DNA of 8,992 nt from Trichoplax adhaerens. Lineage: Eukaryota > Animalia > Placozoa. The notes below the pieces were generated by a model. That model saw only the letters and a list, made by a program, of their open reading frames with translations. It did no database searches and was not told the origin of the DNA. Every line of letters starts with the position of its first letter. Position 1 is the first letter of the stretch. Positions 1 to 7,957 of this stretch are shown here, one piece after another. The translations under genes were made by a program, and so were the position numbers. Location: positions 1-8,992 of the forward strand of contig NW_002061164.1 of assembly GCF_000150275.1 (NCBI RefSeq). Reading direction: 5' to 3'.

Positions 1-357
1 ATACAGATTTGCTCGTGCATAATGTTAATACGGCAGCAATCCAGAAATATATTATTCTGCAGTCAATTTACTAGCAATGCATTTTAGTTAAGTGATCCGA
101 TTTTTTATTACCCTAAGCAAGCAACGACTAGATTTTCCGCGAAGAATACTACGTTAGCGTTAGTTTAAAAAGTGCGGTGAAAATTTACTGTTTCATTATC
201 AGGGATTAGAATCTCAGTTTGATTTTGCTTGTTTCTGATAATATGCTACTGTAAATAGCGATTGCTTTCATTAGTACATATATTATTTGCCTTTTAATAC
301 CTCATACTACTAAGTATTGCAATTACGGCATCTTATAATCTGCTGCACATTCATTAG

Positions 358-429
358 AGATCTACGAATGAATTTATTAGTTTATATATCTCGAGAATCT
401 CTTTTCGGTCTGCCTCAGTTGGTGGAAAC
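358..429 (+). CDS. LRR exon of LGR gene 1 (last LRR before the hinge)
   Basis: cattAG|A GAT CTA ... GAA AC|GTAAGT. Exactly 72 nt, phase 2/phase 2, translating xDLRMNLLVYISRESLFGLPQLVE(T), which fits xLxxNxLxxIxxxxxxGLxxLxx. One 24-residue LRR per 72-nt exon is the standard LGR architecture. Splices in frame to the exon at 544. Confidence 0.85.
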
Positions 430-543
430 GTAAGTCAATTCAGTAGTATTTTATCAGCTATTCTACTTTCCGTCTGCATATTTGCATTATTTTATGACTC
501 GAATTCACTATTCTTTCTGTCTCCCTGTAAAATATATTAATAG

Positions 544-775
544 ATTAACAAACCGTCCTTACTTTTGCTGCATGATACCTGCTAAAATTGTAACCTGTGA
601 GCCATCGATGATGTCCGATACTTTATCATCTTGCCGACATCTTCTTGTTCATATTTCATTACAATCTTTTGCCTGGGTTGTGGGCTGTCTAGCCTTTTTC
701 GATGACATTATGGTTATTTTATGTAATCATTACACCAAAGATACACGTGAAAAAGCCTATTGTCACGGTTCTTAA
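544..775 (+). CDS. Hinge + TM1 exon of a type C (RXFP/GRL101-like) leucine-rich-repeat GPCR
   Basis: Acceptor aatAG at 542-543 (phase 2). LTNRPYFCCMIPAKIVTCEPSMMSDTLSSCRHLL matches the short type C hinge (FCC..C.P..D..SSC..LL). It is followed by TM1 SLQSFAWVVGCLAFFDDIMVIL. The frame reaches TAA at 773-775, so the 3' boundary is uncertain. Confidence 0.85.
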
Positions 776-1282
776 TATCACCGTGAGCTAGTTTAGCAAT
801 AAATGTTGTAGATGTGTTCGTTAGCCTCGCATCTTGCTAATGAAAGTACGCATGCGGGCTATGTAATTTATACTTGAATTACATGTTTACATGTTGTTAT
901 CTACATTGTTATTGTAGCTATAATTGTATCAGATTAGGTGTAACATCATTAATATAGCAATGTGACTAAAGTAATAAATCATGATAATAATATGCTGTAT
1001 TTAGATGAGATAAATACATTGATCGTGACTCCGCGAGAAGTCATAGTCATCCTAGATATTTAATTTCATACTGATACCTTTCCAGTAATAAGTAACGTTT
1101 TTGTTTATTAACCTTCTGTTGTAAACAGGCACAGTATATCAGTAGCTCCTTAATTTCAGATGTTCAGATGTTCTTAGTAGCGGATTTCGAACTCTCAATA
1201 AAAAGTTTACTATTACATTGCGTTGAGCAATTTGTGTTTAGTAACAGTTTTACTTGTCGCAACGCTGGTTTGTGATACCTAT

Positions 1283-1349
1283 ATACTCTTAATCAATAAT
1301 CTGGCTGTATCCGATTTCATCATGTCAATTTATTTATTCATCATAGCCT
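1283..1349 (+). CDS. TM2 fragment of LGR gene 1
   Basis: ILLINNLAVSDFIMSIYLFIIA matches the LGR TM2 pattern NLAxxD(F/L)xMxxYLxxIA. It is cut off by the N gap, and the 5' junction is unresolved. Confidence 0.85.
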
Positions 1350-1399
1350 NNNNNNNNNNNNNNNNNNNNNNNNNNNNNNNNNNNNNNNNNNNNNNNNNN
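1350..1399. other. Assembly gap (50 N) hiding ECL1-TM3-TM4-ECL2
   Basis: 50 consecutive N. The reading frames differ across the gap, and TM3/TM4 are absent from the visible sequence. Confidence 0.95.
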
Positions 1400-1400
1400 C

Positions 1401-1874
1401 GTCCGTCTTTGGATGATAACTTATATAGTCATCATAATTATTGCCTGGATTATTACTTGCTCACTTTATATTGCAACATTGATCTTCATACGCAACACTC
1501 AAAAGGCCGCTAGACAATCAGTAACTAATGAAAATAAAGTACTGGCGATACGCCTCTCTATCATACTGCTGACCGATTTAATTTGTTGGCTACTTTATTA
1601 TGTAGTTAATAATTTTGGTTTCGTTACCAGCAAAGGTGTCGATGTTATCACCTTGCAATTTGTTGGGATTTTTGCTTTACCTATCAATTCTGCTCTTAAC
1701 CCATTCTTGTATACTATAACAAGTACAACAGTACTTAAAGGACTATTCATTCATCCAATAAACAAATCGACTAGCTTTACTAACAAGCCACAGAAACAGG
1801 GCCAAAAGAGGCTTTGGAGAGTACGTAGCTCAAAGGTTTTAACTGTTGAATCAGTTGATAGCCATGATGATTAG
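1401..1874 (+). CDS. TM5-TM7 and C-terminal tail of LGR gene 1 (class A GPCR)
   Basis: TM5 ITYIVIIIIAWIITCSLYIATLIFI; ICL3/TM6 ENKVLAIRLSIILLTDLICWLLYY (LGR-type TDxxCW); TM7 LPINSALNPFLY (LGR signature with NPxxY at 1698-1712); stop TAG at 1872-1874. Confidence 0.93.
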   Translation, partial: VRLWMITYIVIIIIAWIITCSLYIATLIFIRNTQKAARQSVTNENKVLAIRLSIILLTDLICWLLYYVVNNFGFVTSKGVDVITLQFVGIFALPINSALNPFLYTITSTTVLKGLFIHPINKSTSFTNKPQKQGQKRLWRVRSSKVLTVESVDSHDD

Positions 1875-1969
1875 AATAATTATGTCGTAGACAGCAATCA
1901 TGTTATAAAATGTATGAAACGAATATACCTTAGTTGTAATGCTACGCTCTGTACCGGCATACCAAGAGA

Positions 1970-2060
1970 AATAAATTCTTCTCAATAATGATTTTAATCG
2001 CCAACAAATACCAAAGCCTATCTGTTAATTGACTATTGACTAGCTATTAATAAAAATAAA
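1970..2060 (+). promoter_or_regulatory. Candidate polyadenylation signals of gene 1
   Basis: AATAAA at 1970-1975, 2049-2054 and 2055-2060, about 100-190 nt after the stop. The motif is common in AT-rich DNA, so this is weak. Confidence 0.3.
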
Positions 2061-3061
2061 ACTACGCATACTGCTTGTGTTGCAATGGAATAGTAATTAA
2101 CGAATTATTATACTGATATTGCTATTACGGCCGTTACCTGTGGCAAAGATTCACAAAGAAGTTTGGTGAAGTTTTAGTTATTGGGTTACCCTTCCCAGTA
2201 TTTTCAGTCTCTATGTTAAGGCAACTGAATTTATTAATAGCAATTTTCTTTACGAGATAACCAATCCACCCATTTTAAGCAAATGCTCGATAATTAAGAG
2301 CTACATACAATTAACAGGGGCTTCTGAATCCCTCTCAGATTTCAGATATTTCTGCAGTTAGTTTTAGCGTTTGATGCTGTGAATTAATATTCAAGAACGT
2401 ATATAGATTATTATATACCTGTGACGGAGTATAGACTCCATCAATTAATTGTGGCATTAGAATAAAACTATTTTAAAAGTCTAAGACTAGTCTACGCTTA
2501 GCCCGTTGGGGCATACTTGGCTGTTGTAGCCCTAGCATTCATACAACTTCAAAGGCCCAGGTCTCCCTGTCGTGGGCTGACTACGACAATACCATTACTA
2601 AATAATAACAGTTGAAATACTAGCACTTTATTAGCAGTAACCTCTTAGTCGGAAAGTAAGGTCCATTTGAACACAATCTTAGTATAGACTAAAACATAAG
2701 GAACTTCTGAACTACTAGTAAACTACTAAACTCTTTGTTTCTGTTTTTGCATGACTATAGTCTTGAAAGGGCTGTTCGTTCTTTGCAAATTAGTATCCTT
2801 CACCAGCTACTTAGGGCTAGTAATTACAGTTGCTTTTTGGATAGCAAGATACAAGCAGCATAACATAAATATACCATAACGTCACGACTCATCATAAAGC
2901 TAGTAATTTCTTAGCATTACTAACGGCTTAATTGCTTATGACTAAACAGAATAAAGTAATTTCCCATATTTGCATTGATCTCATAGAATATTATACTTGC
3001 ATATAATTTTACGACTCTCTGAATAGATCAGTTGAGTAAATGATAATCCTAAATAATTGTA

Positions 3062-3314
3062 GAATTCTTTATTGCTGGAAGGAAAAAGAATGCTGATTAA
3101 CCCATTGCCAACACGGAAAACAATCATCAATGAGCGTATTATAAATTTAAATTTGTAATGGGCGTAGTGTTAGGGATCTTAACCCTATTGTATGACTACT
3201 GTAATTAGCAGAAGTCATGAAACATGGAAATGCTAAATCTGTAGAAACTAAATACTAAGAGTTCATTTATAGATAACAGTCCGACTCTGAATACTGATGA
3301 TCCCTTATCATTAG
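3062..3314 (+). ncRNA. Degenerate group I intron catalytic core (P/Q/R/S elements)
   Basis: P ATTGCTGGAA 3071-3080; Q AATTAGCAG 3203-3211; R TCTGTAGAAACTA 3238-3250; S AGATAACAGTCC 3271-3282. Order and spacing are correct. P4 TGCTG/TAGCA pairs, and a P9-like hairpin lies at 3294-3314. Several core positions deviate from consensus. Confidence 0.45.
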
Positions 3315-3474
3315 AAGAAATCCTCACATCGCTAGTCTCTCTTAGACAATGCTGAACTCAAAACTTTATTGAAAAATCAGTCATTTATAGTCAATCTATA
3401 TAAACATTACTCATCAGTACTTAGTTACTCCAGTTTTACAAAACCATATGTCACAAAGCAACTTTCGTGATCGT

Positions 3475-3589
3475 ACCTAAACTAGTCTATCTACTCTTAC
3501 GGCTCTCCGACTAATTTCGGAGAGCCTCAGTAAGGGAAAACTATCTCATTCCTATACTATACCAATCGAGTCAAACGATAAGTTTAGGT
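3475..3589. repeat. Nested inverted repeats / strong GC-rich hairpin
   Basis: Perfect 10-bp stem GGCTCTCCGA (3501-3510)/TCGGAGAGCC (3517-3526), extended by CTTAC/GTAAG across a 3-nt bulge, and enclosed by a perfect 9-bp inverted repeat ACCTAAACT (3475-3483)/AGTTTAGGT (3581-3589). Confidence 0.85.
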
Positions 3590-3884
3590 TAATAAATATA
3601 TTTATTACTAACCCTTTTACGTTAGTACCAGTGTATTCTATGTTAGCCTCAGTGGAACTGAGATTCAAAATTAATAATCAAGCTTATATACAACTTCATA
3701 TGTCACACAAATAACCCCAGTGCTAATCTTTCACGTTAAATTATATAATGTGCAATACAGGCTTACTATAGACTAGATCGAGTGTAATTAATACTTGTCA
3801 CTAATTAATATTAATTAGCAAGTTCAATTATTTATCACACATTTAAGGTGCAATCGCACCATTAGTTCTATTGCCTACTTCGGC

Positions 3885-3927
3885 ATAATTAATTAATAAT
3901 TAATTAAATAACAATAATAATAATAAT
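3885..3927. repeat. Low-complexity (TAAT)n/(AAT)n tract
   Basis: ataattaattaataattaattaaataacaataataataataat, read directly from the sequence. Confidence 0.8.
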
Positions 3928-4071
3928 CAATCAACAGTTAAGGACTGTTGTCTACAACACGACAATCTTTAATAATATTATTAATCACACGACAGTATAT
4001 CAATACAATTATTCTACTATCGTAAATTGACTACTAGTTATATGCAATGAGCATCAAGCTCCGTAAGAGCA

Positions 4072-4267
4072 TATTAAAAACATGTATAACGTCATAGATG
4101 AATAAATATCAATATATTCTACGATAGTTAACCTTGAATAAAATAAAATAAATTGAATCAGTCAAGGAAAAGTTAATCGACATGAATATTATTCATCAGT
4201 ACTTTAATAAGATCATAAACTAATACGCTTATCTATTGAAAACATGTATAATTCCATAGATAAATTA
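4072..4267 (+). repeat. Imperfect ~34-nt direct repeat, offset 162 nt
   Basis: TATTAAAAACATGTATAACGTCATAGATGAATAA (from 4072) versus TATTGAAAACATGTATAATTCCATAGATAAATTA (from 4234). Confidence 0.75.
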
Positions 4268-6161
4268 ACATTAGCATACAGTATCCCAAGCAAAGTAATC
4301 TTAAGTAAACTATATTACGGCAGTTATGCAAAGCGATTGCGTTTTAGAGCGTTATACTAGCAGCATACTCGATGCATTTTCTATTTTGGTTTTAAGTTCG
4401 ACCTTATCATACGGTGCTTATCAAATCAATAGACTATTGTCATGTCTTAAAACTATATTCTTGTGTAGTGGACTATTTTCTTTCCAATAATACTGCAGTA
4501 ATCATCTGAACCACGCCAGTAGGTAGGGGTTAAAATGGTTTTATTGCACTGCTAATTACCCTCCATAATTGAATTTGATAATAGTAGAATTTAGGATTTA
4601 AATACGGAGACCTACTCGTGCGCCTAAGTCTCAGATAAAATCCTTTTTTATTGTTATTCTTTACACTCGAATAGCGTGACCTAATATTTGTTTACAAATT
4701 TTGTTTACTAGATATCCTAGTCAATTCCTAATGTGCTACCCTACCTGTCTTATCTAAACTATGTCTTTCTCCAATCAAAATCAAAAAGTGATTCTACGGG
4801 TGCGCTAACCCGAGGGGGCCTTGATTGTTTTCTCTCTTCTTAAACCAATTAGTAGACGTTTGAATGGCAGCTTTTTGACCTTTATCCAAACAGGCAACTA
4901 ATCAAATCGATAGATAGCTATCACATAGTCAAAACTAAAAGCTGGTTGGATCATAATCCCTAATTGATTTCGTTTTTATAAAATTGGATTCTTCACTGCC
5001 AACTATAACAATTAAATTCTTAATTTATTATGTTCTTTTAGTGCCATCAATAAGGCGTTGCTGTTTGCTTTGAAAAAAATTCAAAGTTTTGCGAATAAGA
5101 GTAGAATGATAAATACAAATCAATCTTGATTAATTATTCCAGTAATTCCAATTAGTGTGCTATGCGTATTGTTTAATTTCCTAGTTTTTATATAACGTCT
5201 TAAAAACACATACGTAAGGTATTTGCGGGTGCTTGAATAATGAAAAGGTTAAATTAAACTAGCAAATTTTAAAAATAGAAAACTATAAATGCTATACTGT
5301 CAGTTGCTTGTCACCCCAATCACATAGATAACTTGTTTGTCGAGCACTATATAAGACAAAACCGTAATGCGTTCGAAATTTGATCTATATCTTCATCTAA
5401 ATAATTATAGCTTTTAAGCCAAAATTGGCGCTTGCATTGTATCCGGTAAACAGCGGGCTTAAGCGATTTTATTTACTTGTAAATTAAACAGAACAAATAA
5501 TAACGTTTCTATTTCCAGGTAGCGTTACAAAAATAGGTTATTGTTGAAATCTAAAAAGAAAAGAAAATTAAAAAATTGAAAATAACTCGATAGAAACCCC
5601 TTAATACTACTAGATATCGAATTAATGGTAAGCTGTTTCCCTGATAAAATTTCACATCAAACAATATGAATTCACGATAATTTACCGTACTTTCAAACTG
5701 AAAACAGTTAAACTATCCATTAGGCATAATATTGTTTTATTCTTCGATCTATAAAAAGGGTGACAAATATCGCACACTCAATAGCAGAAGGTACTTTTAA
5801 AATTTATCGTTTGCCATTAATTTGTTATTATAATGCTATTTATCCGGACAAAGTAAACAAGTTTTTGATAGAATAGATAAGAGTTAGAATGTGATATAAT
5901 TGTTTAAAATAATAACAAACTGGCTAGAAAATTGTCAAGATAATGACATGACACCGTTAACAATAAAAATATGTCAAAAAATAAATAAATCAATAGCATG
6001 ATTTACTAAAGTACGTATAAGTTCCTCTTGCCTTTCCTTCGTTTGTACGCGCTATTTTCAGACCATATGGAGCCATATTCATAGTTCGATTGTTTAATAT
6101 TAGTAATAATAGTTAGCAGCACCCTGATTCTGCCATGAAAGTTGCAAAGCCTAAAAGATGC

Positions 6162-6183
6162 TGACGTCACTTGAACAGGAAGT
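6162..6183 (+). promoter_or_regulatory. Full palindromic CRE next to an ETS-type site
   Basis: TGACGTCA at 6162-6169 and ACAGGAAGT at 6175-6183. Motif match only. Confidence 0.3.
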
Positions 6184-7392
6184 ACAAGATTGCAAGAGAC
6201 AGTGAGATCATCATTCTGTAACTAACAGTTAGTTAGTCAAATTGTTCGACTACAGTTAGATTGGTCGCCGTTGGAACTTCTGTTCTGCAATTTCTCTATG
6301 CTGCCAGTGTTATTGTAAGTCTAGCTTATAATTTTTCATATTTCTCAATATAAGTTCATAAAGTTAGGATACTTTAAGAGACGCAAAGAGGAACGTTTTC
6401 TTCCTCGAATCAAACCGGTTCAAAATATTGTTTTGCTCAAGTGTATCCGAAACTTAAACATGAAGTTCTTACTATTAACATGGTTAACCAATAGTAAAAT
6501 GCAATATTAACTGTATATTCTAAGCGTGAACGAGTTCACAGATTAATCTAAGCAATATGAATTGAAGTTTAACTCGTAAGATAGATCACTTTGGAAGTCT
6601 TCTGATTTCACTACCCATTTTATTCGATGTAGTAAGCCTTTTGAAGACTACAAGTTATAAGCGTTTTTTAGCTACGAATTTTATTACTTATCAATCATTT
6701 CATCTCGGACTTGGCTATATTTGACATTACCGCAGATATTAACATTACTACACCAGATTCAGCTGTCTGTATATCTAGAAGATACAACAAATAATTTAAT
6801 TGTAATTTACAAATAATCATTTAACCTATTCGCCCAGTTTACACGCTTAAGGCCACCTGTATAAATACAGTTACTATAGGAGCATTTATCCATTTATTTA
6901 CAGCGGTGTATTTACACTTGATTATTACCAAAATTCAGATTGCATTTTCTTCGACAAACTCCTAAAAGACTATCTTATCATCTTTCTTTATATCTTTCAT
7001 CGATCCATTACGGTCAATATTTTATCACTGAAATAAATTGACTAAATAAATACAAAAACTTGACTCCTTGTATGGCCGTAGCAACAGGTCTTTTCCGTCT
7101 TTCAATTATGTTAGCCTAATCCAATGGCTTTCAAGTACGCCTATTCGCATAATAAAAATCTGAGACATACCTATGCAATATGTAATAAAGTTTCATGATC
7201 ATTTCGTAGCTTGCAATAACTACCGCCAGCTCTGTTCTGAATACAACGTTAAAATTAGATTTGTTGTCGGAAGTTGGCATAATTACCTAACGCCACGAAG
7301 GCAAACATCTATCAAAGCCATCTGAGAAAGATGGTAATAAAACTCTTGTAGATAAACTAAACTGAAAACATTACCAAATCACGGGTTCTATA

Positions 7393-7717
7393 GACCGCAT
7401 GACAGATTAAAAGAATAACTATAAATTTAAGTAGTTAACTTTAACACTATGGCCATGAAATCGATTTATCTTTCTAGTCAAAATACTATTAATGATTCAG
7501 TCTTAATTCGTGAAGCTTCAACTTAATCCTTTTGATTTCTGTGGCGTTAAATTAATTAATATGCGGTGACTAAATGACTGCTCAAAGAACACCTACAAAT
7601 TTTAAGTAATCAACTTTTAACACTATCGCGATGATGTTGCTTTTTCTTTCTTGTTAAAATACTTTTAAAGATGCTTTCTTAAATTTGTAAACCTTCTTCT
7701 TCTTAATCTTTTTGATT
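7393..7717 (+). repeat. Diverged tandem duplication, period about 175-180 nt
   Basis: Copy 1 is 7393-7537 and copy 2 is 7568-7717. They share collinear blocks ATGAC, AAAGAA, TTTAAGTA, TTTAACACTAT, TCTTTCT, AAAATACT, TCTTAA and CTTAATC.TTTTGATT. Confidence 0.9.
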
Positions 7718-7777
7718 AGGTTGACATTCTTTTAATTACATTATAGAACGTAATCATTGGCATCATTAATATCGGGC

Positions 7778-7871
7778 ATGAAAAGTAACAACAATCTAAA
7801 ACATTGGATCCTTTGTATCCACTTTATAGCCTTTATTTGGCTTTTAGCAACTTGTCGCTGTGAAAGTACTG
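7778..7871 (+). CDS. Gene 2 first coding exon: signal peptide
   Basis: ATG at 7778. MKSNNNLKHWILCIHFIAFIWLLATCRCEST has a basic N-region, a hydrophobic core and a small-residue cleavage region. The phase-1 donor G|GTATAG at 7872 joins in frame to the exon at 7958. Confidence 0.75.
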
Positions 7872-7957
7872 GTATAGTAATCGATAGCAAGTGCTACAAT
7901 TCTATTTATTTATTTTACTTGCTAAATAAACTAAGATTTTGTTACCTTCTCCAACAG

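Larger units (their letters stand above)
358..1874 (+). pseudogene. LGR gene 1, probably decaying or pseudogenised
   Basis: TM1 GN is replaced by DD (GATGAC, 701-706). TM6 CWxP is replaced by CWLL (CTT, 1593-1595). There is a stop after TM1 and no clean in-frame splice path to TM2. Confidence 0.55.

Noticed and set aside
7-86. Possible additional LRR exon at the window start (acAG at 5-6)
   Set aside because: The phase-2 frame hits TAA after four codons, no 72-nt AG-GT pair exists, and the LRR match is unconvincing.
482-543. N-terminal part of ORF 482..775
   Set aside because: It lies within intron 430-543; the TTG start is an artefact of prokaryotic-style ORF calling.
775-1286. U12-type AT-AC intron (ATATCACC ... 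TATAC)
   Set aside because: The 5' site deviates from ATATCCTT, there is no TCCTTAAC branch site, and a frameshift would still be required.
1223-1513. ORF 1223..1513 as a single protein
   Set aside because: It reads through Ns. Only the TM2 part is real, and after the gap it is in the wrong frame.
2420-2886. LTR bounded by TGTGACG ... CGTCACG
   Set aside because: The end is imperfect, and there is no target-site duplication, primer-binding site or second copy.
2875-3470. Hammerhead-like CUGAUGA motifs (plus strand 3294; minus strand near 3410-3417 and 2880-2894)
   Set aside because: None has a proper stem II followed by GAAA and a stem III/UH arrangement.
3275-3630. Decayed Ty3/gypsy RNase H-integrase linker (DNAELKTLL ... 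KPYVTKQL ... FRLINIFITNPF)
   Set aside because: It needs several frameshifts, has no HHCC or DDE residues, and overlaps the better-supported group I motifs and hairpins. It remains a fallback if an rve profile search hits.
4606-4815. Two small hairpins sharing CTAC..GTGCGC.TAA
   Set aside because: The stems are only about 5 bp and there are only two copies; too short to separate from chance.
6237-6314. 78-nt phase-2 exon QIVRLQLDWSPLELLFCNFSMLPVL as an LRR exon
   Set aside because: The boundaries are out of LRR register, the conserved Asn is missing, and there are no neighbouring coding exons.
7173-7325. Short ORF MQYVIKF ... RQLCSEYNVKIRF with a faint integrase-like appearance
   Set aside because: Only 50 codons, with no catalytic motifs.
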